The notes below the pieces were generated by a model, which saw only the letters and a program-made list of their open reading frames with translations, was not told where the DNA came from and did no database searches. A stretch of 62,042 nucleotides of DNA, the filler included, from Dirinaria sp. TL-2023a (taxonomy: Eukaryota), in the NCBI GenBank assembly GCA_051941275.1. It is 13 parts of 13 records of this genome, joined end to end, with 100 filler letters (N's around TTAATTAATTAA, not from the genome) between each part and the next. Parts side by side here need not be neighbours in the genome. Positions count along the whole stretch, not along the records: positions 1 to 4,695 come from JAVEBF010001788.1; positions 4,796 to 9,485 come from JAVEBF010001789.1; positions 9,586 to 14,274 come from JAVEBF010001790.1; 10 more parts are not named here. The stretch is one strand, 5' to 3'. Each line of letters starts with the position of its first letter. Position 1 is the first letter of the stretch. A program made the translations under genes and the position numbers. Below are positions 1-10,879 of the stretch, piece by piece.

Positions 1-1194
1 CCTTTCGAGCGCCCGCACAAAAAAAAAAAAAGAAGAAGAATTAAAAAGGAGAGAGAGTGAGAAGAGGAGAGAAGAGGAAAGAAGGGAAGGAGAGCTGAAT
101 TGATGGGATAGATGAATGAATGCGATGAAAAATGAAAAGAAAGATCCAATCGCGCCGTTTCCCCCATCGAGTAACCGTCCCGATCCCGTAACTCGTACCT
201 TATTCCGCTCCGCTGTGCCGCTTACCTTACCCTCGAGCTACCCTTACCGAGTTACCTTAAACTCAGCTAAGGTAAATAACCACATGGTCCAACCAAGCTG
301 ATCGATCGAACTGAATCGAACTAAGCAACGTAAGGTAAGCATGTACCTTACCTTAGGTTATCACCTCCACGAAACAATTACCGAAGTTGGTGAAAGTACC
401 TAGGTACGAGTACGCCCCTCCCTCAGGGAAAGGGTAGATCTCACCTGGTTAAGGTAGGTAGGAGATGAATATGCCACTCGTAAATATACCTCGTCTCGCG
501 TTGTCGCGGAAAATACCGGATCTGGCAATTTTTTCTTTTAGGTTCTCTTTTCTTTTTAAAAATTCTTTCTAAAAGGCGCTGCTGTGCAATCAGTGCCCTC
601 CCCCCCGGAGACACCAGCGCTATATGTTTCGACTGACTGACGAAGGCTGAGTATGATTTCCATCATGCGGCTGAGCTGCTTGTCGTTTCCATTATTCGAT
701 TCTAGTCTAGTCTAAGGGGTGAGATGAGAAGGGTGGGAAGGACAAGTAAGTGACGTGGGTTTCTTCAAGGGATATAAGAGGCGCCCTGCTTACCTACCTG
801 ATCTCTCTCCTCCTCCTCCTCCTCCTCTCTCTCGCGTTATTCTGTCTTGTATAAATAACCTCCTCCCCCTTCCATCTCCAGCTTCCTTTGGTTTATATCG
901 AAGTCGAAGACACCGCACCGCACCCCCATCAGACCCTGCGTGCTATATTCAGTATATATACTCTTTGAAAGATTCTCTCATTTGGAGGAGGTCCCTCAGC
1001 ATATATATATCTTGAAACTCTGTGCGAAACCTCCACCCCCCCCAATCCGGTTCTCCCCTTCACTTCGATTCCCAACGCCTACCACGTTGTCGGGGTAATC
1101 TTCGACCCTCCTCGCCCTTCTTGCCCGATCCATACCAACCTCTTTTATTGTTTTCTAGTCCCAAAGCCAGGGCTATAAAATCGAACACGGAACA

Positions 1195-1470
1195 ATGTGT
1201 ATCACGATGGCCATCCGCTCCTTGTACAAGCAGAGGAAGCAACAGCAGGCCGCTGCGGCCGCCGGCGGTGGCGCTGCCGGTCCTCAAATCCGAGGTGGTG
1301 GCTGGGACGATGACGACGATGACGACGACGAGGCTCCACGACCGCACACCGTTATTAATGATAGGCCTCTATCCGCTTCTGTTGGTGTTGGCGGTATAAG
1401 CCATGTTTCAGGGGAGAAAGTGGAATCGGTTTCGGATGCGAGGTCATTGCAGGAACGGGTTATTGATTGA
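1195..1470 (+). CDS. Small low-complexity hypothetical protein (91 aa)
   Basis: ATG-initiated GC-rich ORF MCITMAIRSLYKQRKQQQAAAAAGGG...DDDDDDDDE, preceded by a CT-rich tract (~800-870) and TATA-like motifs (~851, ~1174). No recognised domain. Confidence 0.4.
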   Translation: MCITMAIRSLYKQRKQQQAAAAAGGGAAGPQIRGGGWDDDDDDDDEAPRPHTVINDRPLSASVGVGGISHVSGEKVESVSDARSLQERVID

Positions 1471-4400
1471 GCAGGCAGCTTTTGTGATTTTGATTTATTG
1501 GCATGGAGAATATCGGTGGGGGTTGGGTGGCTTCGCGAAGTGGGAGCAGTATATATGCGTTGTCGAGCCGAGATTGCTATGAAAAAAGAGAGAATGGACC
1601 CCTTGTGATACTTGTGGTATATATGTTTCTTGCCTGTTTTCCGCTTCAAAGAAGAAATGGAAGCGGCTGTCGCGCTCTCATAGATCGATGTACGCAAAAT
1701 ATAGCGACGGAAAGTATGTTATGCTAGGTGGGGTGCCATATCTGACCAACTCACCTTGATGATCGGATCATTGCAGCACCTTTGAGGTCGTTCATGTTGC
1801 CATCAATCCTGAAATTGGAGCTGCCACGGGCTGGACCTTGCGTATCGTTCCAGACTGTATCATGACAGCGACCCGGTTACAAACCGTGTCGGATATCTAT
1901 TCTTAAACCTGCTGCGTTGCTCGTCGTATGCCTCGTCGTATGCTTATTGAATTTATGTGTCTCTTCAGTGTTGGCAGAAAGGGGGAGGCAGTCTCTCGTG
2001 AACGCCGACCTCCATTTTTTGATCGACTTGCAACATCCGGCAAATGAAATTGGTGCAAGGCTATATTAATCCAACCATGTATGCGAACATATGCCTTCAT
2101 TTGCTATGTGGGGTCTGCCGAAGCTTTCCAAGTCACAGCCATGCCTTGAAATCAAAATGGAACTTGAAAATGCATCAAAGATGAAGAAAAAGAGGAAAAG
2201 CAAGGCGACGAACATATACAAGAAGCAGTCTAAAGATTCCTGCTTTTGCTACTTGCATGTCGTGGGTGATACAACCCGTTTTTCGAAGCAGGATCGACTG
2301 TGTGAATGACTTCGCAAATTCGAGCTATTGGTAGATAAGCCAGGAGTATCTGCCTACCATCTCATGTCTTGAAGTACAACAGTAGCAAATCGTTCTCAGG
2401 CAGACTTTTGGATTTGAGGACTTAAGCAATCTTGAAAGCGTACATCAATAAGTTTGAAGATGTCTGACTTCGACGGCTGGGAGACAGAACTCTTCTTCAA
2501 TGGTATTGCCATGAATCAATAGCGACGGTTATGATATTCGATTTTAGGTTATTTTGGTCGCGGCTGATTCGAAGGTATATTCGCCGTCGAGGGGAGATAT
2601 ACAGGCGGTGTATCTTGGCTTTAGGCTACGTTTGCTGCAGGGAAGAAGCTTTGCAGCAGGATATGATATTATCCACTTTCTGTGTGCGAATTGGCAAATT
2701 GCAGAATCTTTATTTTGCCCTTCTAATGGTGACATGTGACGTATCTAACACAAAAAACTTTACTTATCGGCTTCAATCGTAAATCCATGATTTCGCTCCC
2801 GTAGGCGCCTCAGCTAGAGCGGCGGTGGTTGTAGGCTCGAGTCTAGGTTGACAGCAGGTGTAAGATCTGGGTCACTGGGCTGGAATAGGTGCCAATCTTT
2901 AACTAGATGCTTGGGAGCAAGTGGGGCGCTAGTGGCGGCTTTCTGGAAAACTAATCAGCTAAGGACATATTTCGTGAACCTGACAGGGCGGTGTACAAAG
3001 CTAACCTCCCAGGGCCTTTGCTTCGTCAATGTCAAGTTCCTAGCAACTCACAGATCCCTTAGCAAGAGGCATGCGTACTTGAAGCCAATACTTCAATTCT
3101 TGCGGCTGCTGCTGTAGCAGAAGAAAATGCTACTTGCCTTAGATTCAACTATCATCTGAACACTCGCCACATGGTCGTCGAGAATGCTCAGAGACCGTGT
3201 AGAGACCTTTAGTTCGTTCAACCAGATGCACTCGCATCGCAGCAGGCTCGAAGCTTCTTCAGATATTACAATGATGATCGCAGGGCTGAAACAGCGGAAA
3301 TCCGTCTCTCCATAACATTAACAACATTAAGTCTCTAGAGAGTCTGTCTTGTCTTTAAACCCAAGTGTGCCGTACATCTTTGATAGAATTGGAAGTCGGT
3401 TTTTGAATGACGCTAGGATTCAAGACTTCAAGACCCATCATCACAATGTACCGATTCGCTCGAGTGCCGGTCGGCAGGCGCATTTAGTTGAGAAATATGC
3501 TCTTTGAGCCCAGAGCTTGCAAAGGCAATGATATATCCATATACCTTGGCATCCTTCCACGAAGAAATTGTCTGATCAGTAGTCTTTAGGCAGAGCAATC
3601 GTATTTTAGACTGGAGATAGGCTATTCAATGACAAACAAACGGGTTGCTGGAACAACGCACAACCGTTATTGGCTTTCAATGTGAGAATGGGGAGTACCA
3701 TAATCCAACGAACGGTAATCCCGAAAATGGAGTGCGCACTAGAGGCAAAGCTTTAAGGTATGGTTCTGAAGCGGCTGGGCGAATCTGCTTAATAATTGAG
3801 AGAGAGGGGATAGCTGTGCGGCAGCTATAAGGACATCAGTGACAACGCCGGGAGCAGTGCTGAGAAGTTCGCGGTAATGGAAGAAAACCGATCCGTGGCT
3901 TTATTGAGACTACTGGATGTTGCCAAGGTCAGTTACTGTCCAGCTAAGGTCGACTGCTGCAAGCGAACAGCAGCGAAATCAAAGAGAACGGGTAAAATCC
4001 ATCGAGGAGGGTATGGCAGAGTTAGGGAGGAAACATGTGGTAAGGTAGAGCGGGACACTGCTTGGCCATGTCCAGCTGTGACCACTCCCAAGAGCCTTGT
4101 ATTTGAGTGTCGGGGCCGTCGTGTTGGGTTCCAATAGAGATCACGTTAGGGTAGGGGGTCTGGATTCGGATGTCCTAAGGTAACATGGCTAACACGCGGG
4201 GAGACAGCATCAATTGCCCGCCTCTCCAGTGAGGTAAGGCAGGTACGACTAAGGTAAGGTACGATTACTCGTACCCTAAGTGCTCCAGGCTGAGGTAGAG
4301 GGTGATAGAGTACATGTAGCCGAGGACGTCCGGCTACCTTTAAGCATATAAGAAGGCAAATTGTGTTGTAAGGTAGGCAGTCTACACAGAAGGAAGTAAG

Positions 4401-4695
4401 CACGCCATTATCGAAGGAAAGTCTACGTCGGCCATAGGCGGTAGGCCATCAAAGCATGCTTGGGGCTGCCCACTTGGGTTGATTGCCATGGCTGAGGTCG
4501 GGGGCTTCTGCTAGGTAACACTTCGCAAAGTTGGGTCGTGATACAACGAGCTAATGTAGGATTCGGGGGTTTCTATCACGACCGTAAAAGTAAGGTACCT
4601 GAAGTGTGCCCAAGAAGCATTTGGTAGATGGGTCTGGTGGGTGAAAAAGAAGCCTGGCCCCTTCCCGGGCTCAGCTGGTTGCTGGGGGGAGGGAG

Positions 4696-4795
4696 NNNNN
4701 NNNNNNNNNNNNNNNNNNNNNNNNNNNNNNNNNNNNNNNTTAATTAATTAANNNNNNNNNNNNNNNNNNNNNNNNNNNNNNNNNNNNNNNNNNNN
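4696..4795. other. Artificial contig-joining spacer (first of 12)
   Basis: 44 N + TTAATTAATTAA (stop codons in all six frames) + 44 N. Repeated at 9486-9585, 14275-14374, 19063-19162, 23848-23947, 28633-28732, 33413-33512, 38192-38291, 42966-43065, 47739-47838, 52509-52608 and 57279-57378. Genes are truncated at these junctions. Confidence 0.99.
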
Positions 4796-4796
4796 G

Positions 4797-4928
4797 GGCG
4801 TTGAGGAGGGGACCGAGAGGTTGATTCGAGAGGGGTGGAGGAGGATCGAGGGCAAGGAAAACATGAAGGAGGGAGTGAGAGCTTTCGTCGAGAAGAGGCG
4901 GCCTAGGTGGGTGGATAGTAAATTGTGA
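4797..4928 (+). CDS. Enoyl-CoA hydratase/isomerase (crotonase family), C-terminal fragment, peroxisomal
   Basis: Hand translation GVEEGTERLIREGWRRIEGKENMKEGVRAFVEKRRPRWVDSKL*: crotonase C-terminal EGxxAFxEKRxP motif plus PTS1 -SKL. 5' part lost at the contig edge. Confidence 0.85.
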   Translation, partial: GVEEGTERLIREGWRRIEGKENMKEGVRAFVEKRRPRWVDSKL

Positions 4929-6031
4929 AGTGCTGTTTGACTACCTTATGCTTTCGGTCCTATTTCTTTTCGCCAATATTCAATCCCATATTGGATAACC
5001 CAGTTGGGCCAAAGTAGGGAAGCTTCCGCACTCAAATTTTTCCGAGTATCTAAGCTCGTTCCGTACTTCAAATATAAGTTCTTACTGCAGTTTTCTCGAC
5101 CTTGGCCATTTTATGCGTACTGCATCTAATCTGCTGATGGTAAACAACCCCAGTTCTCTGGCAATCTTATGCTGTGAGCTTCAAATGTTGAGAGGCTCTA
5201 GAAGATGTCTTGTTGGGAGAACCTCAGCCACTAGCGAGCACAGTCTGGCATCCTAGCTGATTCAGCTTTGGATGGCTGTTCTGCATGCGACTTTTCGCGT
5301 CCTTGTCTTCCCTAAGCAGGTCCGTGGATTGAGTGTAGAACCTCAGTTCCGACGCAACCAGCACTAAATTGGTTCACGGTCATCCTTTGGTCCTTGGATG
5401 CAGGCGCGAGAATGTAAGTCATATGACGGTGGGTAGCAACTCGCTCAGCCATCGTGGTTGACGATAGACCGGAGAGAAAACGGTGCATCAGATGATGCTC
5501 AAGTGTGTCAAGCTCAGGCGTCAAGTGTATACTGGATTTCGTAGGCTCCCACTGTAACAGCTCCCCGAAGAATATGGCGGCGCATTCCAACTTGGAAAGA
5601 TCTTCTTCATGGTGCAGACTGAAGTGCGGAGATCTGTTGACTGAAGTGTTTACGAAGTGAGAGGTTTATCCGACGAGTTAGGAGTGGATTCTTGAAGGAT
5701 ATAAGACTAGTACGCACAGGGCGTGCCCAAGCGGCAGTATCAGATTCTCTCTTATAGAGAGACGAGAAATTCTCCAAAGGAAGTGCCCTTCTCCCGGACT
5801 GTCAGGCCCGATCTCTGTTAGCTCATAGAGCATACTCATGCGAACTCCTCTGTTCGAGCCTCCACGGAACCACACCTGCCCCTTGAAGGTACATTGAAGT
5901 CGGCTGGACGCGTGGCTCTTTAACCTCGAAGAATCTTCTCAAAGCATCTAGGACAGTCCACGGTTCCACGGTCTACCTGCGGGCTGAACTTGTTGTCATT
6001 GCACAAGCGCAAGCAATGAATGATGCACATT

Positions 6032-6884
6032 TCATCGCCACCTTACTCCAAAGAGAGAGAAACCGTTCCTTTTCTCCTCTTTAACGGCGTCTGCATTTTC
6101 GAGGTACACCACAGGGTGTCCTTTAACATTTAGAGTCAGATACTTGTACTCGAATTCTGCTTGTTCTGGCTTCTTGATCATGTGTAAATTAATGACGCCT
6201 GATCGCTGGGAACCCTCGACCTACGGATCATAGCTTAGGAGGCTGTTCAATTTGTGGAAGTTTAAGCATACATTAAAATGCATCAGTAGATGCTCAACTC
6301 CGGACCGGTCTTTGCGTAATTGTGTCCTTGGTATCATTCTTAGCAGGAACAGTCCCTCTTCCTCCTGGCCCACTTACGCTATTGGCCTTGCTCTCGCCCA
6401 CTTGTTGCGCGTAGGCTCCCCAAAAGCTCGAATCTTGTGGCCTGAACCCAGAAGCTCAAGAGCTCGAGTATCAGCACGGACTCGGTCGACTGCCCGATTA
6501 AAATGGCGGGTCTTGCTGTCGGATGCGAAAACTTCGGTATACAAAAGATAAACGACGCCACCCTGCCTCAAATGAGTCGATTTCTTTGCGTTGAATGGTT
6601 CGGACTCTTACGGTCATGATAATGCCAGTAATAACGAGCCCGAAGTTGAAGGTCTGCTGTGTGGTTCTAGCAGCCTTTTCCCGTCTGCTCAGGTCTTGCC
6701 ATTGAACCCTCCCATCATCGTTGGCCAGAGTGACCTGCTTCCTTGAAGCACCAGTACTGGTCTGGGATGCGTATGTCCGAAGACCCTCTACCGGTATACG
6801 CAGCCATGTCTTCGATCTTTCGAGGCAGGCTGTATTGTAAGATAGAGGTTGCCGGAGCAAGGGCATATATCTGACCCTCATCAT
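6032..6884 (-). CDS. TIM21: Mitochondrial inner-membrane translocase subunit Tim21 (4 exons)
   Basis: Arg-rich presequence; WQDLSRREKAARTTQQTFNFGLVITG; TM then LYTEVFASDS; IRAFGEPTRNKWARARPI; GVEHLLMHF; FEYKYLTLNVKGHPVVYLE...FGVRWR*. First intron 6563-6611 is GT-AG. Confidence 0.92.
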
Positions 6885-7201
6885 GTGGCTGACAATCTTT
6901 CCGGTCTTATCCGGGCTCTATGTTGAGGCATGCCCTGGCTCAGCCTGGAAAGGTTATGGGTCAGGCAAGTTGAGCAAATAATCAACAGTAGGTAGCGATT
7001 TGCCGAGGGAGGCATATTTCCTACCGATGCGGGGTTAGTCAGCATGTATATAACGTACCAATAGCGGCCACTTTTCCAACAGCTAAACTAATCAGATCCA
7101 CAAACCCCTTTTCCCTTTGTACTGTCAAGAGTTAATCCTTTTCTCGCAAAATCTCCAATCGAAGGACCGCCGGAAATTGAAAGCTCGCCTTGGAAAGCAC
7201 G

Positions 7202-8953
7202 ATGAGTCTAGCTACGAAAGCTCAGTCTCAAAAGATCTTTGAGAAATTGAAGACTAAGCCCGCGAATAAAGTGAGCTACGATATAAGGAAAGAACAATGG
7301 CAGAGCTGATGATTTCAGGTGTGTTTTGACTGTGGAACGAAGAATCCAACGTGGTCCTCCGTGCCTTTTGGTATCTACCTATGCCTTGACTGCTCCTCAA
7401 AACACCGTAACCTCGGCGTCCACATATCTTTCGTTCGGTCAACCAATCTCGATCGTAAGGCTACCATTCATGCAATAACTACGGATACTGATATCTCATC
7501 TCTGCAGAATGGACATGGGATCAATTACGGACGATGAAGGTTGGGGGCAACGAATCGGCAACGAAATACTTCCAATCGCATGGTGGGACTGCTGCTCTGG
7601 CTTCGAAGGATGCCAATACGAAGTACACTTCCAACGCCGCATCGAAATACAAGGACGAGTTGAAGAGGAGAGCTGCGGCAGATGCGCTCGAGTAAGTTCG
7701 TGTCATGTCAACCAAAGAAGTCCGGGCTAACCAAAACATAGATATCCTGAAGAGGTGGTTATAACAGACATTGTCGCCGCGGTGCCCACGAGTGGCGGTA
7801 CAGAGACCCCAACAGAACCCGACGACTTTTTCTCGTCATGGGACAAACCCGCCATTAAACGACCCAGTAACCCCCCTTCAAGGACCCAAACACCACCGGG
7901 CGTTAGCAGGAGTGGCTCTCCCTTCCTTAACCCTAACACCAATGGCAACGGACCCATAAGACCAAAGTCGCCCTTGGCGAACACTGAAAACGATGCACAG
8001 CAAAATGCTCCAGCCGCATCCCGTGCTATCCCTTCTGCCACTGTGCGCAAAACCACAGCAGGTGCGCCCCGCAAGACCAACATCCTGGGCGCGAAGAAGA
8101 CGCAAAAGCTCGGTGCGAAGAAGATCGGAGGTGGCGAATCGCTCGACTTCGAGGAGGCAGAAAAGAAGGCCAAGGAAGAGGCAGAACGCATAGCAAAGCT
8201 CGGCTACGACGCTGAAGCCGAGAAAGCTGCTGCCGAGTCAAAAATAAGATCCGCAAGCGTCACGGAAAAGACGAAGCTCGCTTCCCCAACACCTCTGAGC
8301 CCTGGTAGGGCAGGCGGCTTTGGCTCTACAGGTGGCCACAAACGAAGTGACAGTGAAGTGGAGCGGTTGGGAATGGGGGTCTCAAGACTTGGCTTTGGTC
8401 AGGTTGGCGCCTCGAAGCCCGCAGCTTCAGCGCCGAAAAAGATGGGGTTTGGCTCAACAGGTGCTAACAAGGCGGTCGAAGATAGTAAGCCGTTTACAAC
8501 TCCTAAAGTCAAAAGGATGTCACTGATATTGAGGCGCAGATGACGACGAACAGTATGCGCGTCAGAAATTCGGCACTCAGAAAGGCATATCGTCCGACGA
8601 GTTCTTCGGCAAAGGCGCCTTCGATCCAGCCGCTCAATCTGAAGCCAAGACTCGCCTGCAAGGCTTCGAAGGTGCTACCTCAATCAGCTCGAATGCCTAC
8701 TTTGGACGACCTGAGGATGACATACCTGAAGCCGATCAATATGGCAACTACGGCGATCTGGAGGGTGCAGCGCGAGACTTTGTCCGCAAATTCGGGCTCA
8801 CGGCTGGCGATGATCTGGAAAACTTGACTTCTGCATTGGGGGAGGGAGCTACCAAGTTGCAAGGTACCTCATTGCCCCACCTTTGTATATCTCTTGTTAT
8901 CGTGACTAACCTCGTCTATTGTAGGTGCAATAAGGAACTATCTCAACGGCTAG
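7202..8953 (+). CDS. GLO3: ADP-ribosylation factor GTPase-activating protein Glo3 (6 exons)
   Basis: ArfGAP zinc finger CFDC...[22 protein letters not shown]-terminal Glo3 motif [14 protein letters not shown]...ISSNAYFG. Introns ~7271-7318, 7455-7507, 7692-7741, 8485-8539, 8864-8924. Confidence 0.95.
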
Positions 8954-9344
8954 AGTAGTTTTTCTTTTTTAGAAAGTCCGTTCGATCTCGAAAGGTAACT
9001 GGAAGCGGAGGCGGTGCATGCTATTCTGGACGTTGTACGATGGTTGAGAATCACGAAGGGTTTTGAGGCCGCAATAAGGTGGTATGTGCCATGTGCTTGC
9101 TGCTCCGTTGGGCAAAAAGGAGTCAGCACAAATACATGGATCAAATGCTTGCTCTCCAGACATTGTAAACAGCTAGCTGCATTAAGAAGTAGATTGAAAA
9201 AGAAATTAAAACATTAAACCCTCCAAGTCCGTGTCTGGCATCCGACGAGCCTACGCTCAAGATGGCAAACATAAAACACTCTATATCTTATACAAAGCTC
9301 CATCTCTTTAAAAAGCCTTCTAATCCCCAAAAAATTCAAAAATT

Positions 9345-9358
9345 AAAAAAAAAAAAAA
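9345..9358 (-). terminator. Oligo(T) RNA polymerase III terminator of the 5S gene
   Basis: A-run on the + strand about 10 nt downstream of the 5S 3' end. Confidence 0.6.
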
Positions 9359-9367
9359 GCAAACCAT

Positions 9368-9485
9368 ACATTCAGCAGCCAGGATTCGCTGGTCGTCACC
9401 GACCCAACTACTAATTGACCGGTCAACTGGTTATGGGTGGAAAGCGGACGGGATCCTCATTTTTCAGTTGCCTATGGCCGAATGT
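9368..9485 (-). rRNA. Dispersed 5S rRNA gene (divergent type)
   Basis: 118-nt reverse complement ACATTCGGCCATAGGCAACTGAAAAATGAGGATCCCGTCCGC...TTAGTAGTTGGGTCGGTGACGACCAGCGAATCCTGGCTGCTGAATGT matches the ascomycete 5S layout. The terminal helix pairs fully and a T-run follows. Confidence 0.9.
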
Positions 9486-9587
9486 NNNNNNNNNNNNNNN
9501 NNNNNNNNNNNNNNNNNNNNNNNNNNNNNTTAATTAATTAANNNNNNNNNNNNNNNNNNNNNNNNNNNNNNNNNNNNNNNNNNNNCC

Positions 9588-10373
9588 ATTGACACCTCCC
9601 AGCTCCGCCTCCTCTACACCCTTCCCGCTTTCAACCGCACTCCTCCAGCAGCACGAAAGCGCGGATCACCAACCCACTTGCTGATCGTACTCGGATCCGG
9701 AGGCCACACAGCGGAAATGTTCTCGCTGCTCCACGATCTAGATATGCGCTGCTATACCCACCGCTCGTACGTGATCAGCGAAGGGGACGCATTCAGCGCG
9801 GACAAAGCGCAGGAATTCGAGAGAGCTGTAGCTATCCAGAACGCCCTAAAATCAAGCACGGAGGGAAGCAGAACCACTGGCAGCAGAGACGAGAGTAAAC
9901 TCAAGAGAGAGGAGGAGGAGGAGGGCTGGGAAGGCGGCAGTTATTCCATCAGGACAGTTCCGCGAGCAAGGCGGATACATCAGAGCTTACTCACGGCGCC
10001 CTTCTCGTGCGCACGGTGTATGATCGCTTGCTTCTCCCTCTTGATGACTGCGCCAACGCCCCTTTCGCCTTCATCGCAGTCGCCGCCCCCGTCACCGCTT
10101 CATATCATCCCCATCCCGGACCTGATCCTCCTCAACGGCCCTGCAACTGCCACTATTCTTGTCTTCGCGTCGCTGCTGTTAAGGTTCGTGGGTGCGAGAG
10201 GGACAAAAGGGAAGATGCGAACCTTGTATGTGGAGTCTTGGGCCAGGGTCCGGAGGCTGAGCTTGAGTGGGCGGATCTTGGTAGGGCTGGGGACCGTAAA
10301 TCGGTGCTTGGTGCAGTGGGAGGGAATGAAAGGAGGGCCAGGGGTCGAGTATAGGGGATGTCTTGTGAGATAA
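9588..10373 (+). CDS. ALG14: UDP-N-acetylglucosamine transferase subunit Alg14 (5'-partial)
   Basis: LIVLGSGGHTAEM, VPRARRIHQS, PDLILLNGPA, YVESWARVRRLSLSGRIL, LVQW motifs. The N-terminal membrane anchor is missing at the contig edge. Confidence 0.93.
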   Translation: MDTSQLRLLYTLPAFNRTPPAARKRGSPTHLLIVLGSGGHTAEMFSLLHDLDMRCYTHRSYVISEGDAFSADKAQEFERAVAIQNALKSSTEGSRTTGSRDESKLKREEEEEGWEGGSYSIRTVPRARRIHQSLLTAPFSCARCMIACFSLLMTAPTPLSPSSQSPPPSPLHIIPIPDLILLNGPATATILVFASLLLRFVGARGTKGKMRTLYVESWARVRRLSLSGRILVGLGTVNRCLVQWEGMKGGPGVEYRGCLVR

Positions 10374-10879
10374 GTGCCTGATGCAGTGAAGTCAAAAAAT
10401 ATCATCTAAGCAGCGAGGAGTTTGAACGGGTAAGCGAGCTGCGGACATGAAATAGTTGAAGCACTCATTTTTTAAAAACTACACGGCTCCTATCTAGCCC
10501 AGTGTACGGGGGGTATCGAAAATGATAAAGCCGTCTGCCGCCTAGTGCGGATAATTTCCCGTACGCCTCGATCGTTGCAGCATGATAAACCCGACCATGC
10601 TCCGGCCCGATCTTCAAGTTTTTCCTGCTCTACGCCCGGCCGTTTAAATAATACACTGCATTTCCGTCTCGCTGGAGACTCGATTATGGTACAACATTGG
10701 CTAACAAAGTACTTTTGATGGACACCTTGAATATGCAAGTGAGAAACCTTGAAGCAGTTAAACAAGCCGTATCGTCTCTCACGCAAACGCACTAAGCAAT
10801 AGATGTGTGGTAGTTGGTGTTGGGGTTTCTGTCGTATGTCGTAGGTCGTAGGTGCGCGGCTTTCGTATTAGGACGAGGC

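Noticed and set aside
1700..4100. Multiple 60-90 aa ORFs in contig 1
   Set aside because: No coherent splice pattern, codon bias or domain motifs found.
4740..4751. TTAATTAATTAA as a biological repeat, piggyBac TTAA target or CRISPR-like array
   Set aside because: Always centred in N-runs of identical length: a synthetic six-frame-stop linker.
5100..5990. Short minus-strand ORFs between the enoyl-CoA hydratase end and TIM21
   Set aside because: Could not be joined into a gene and resemble no family I recognise.
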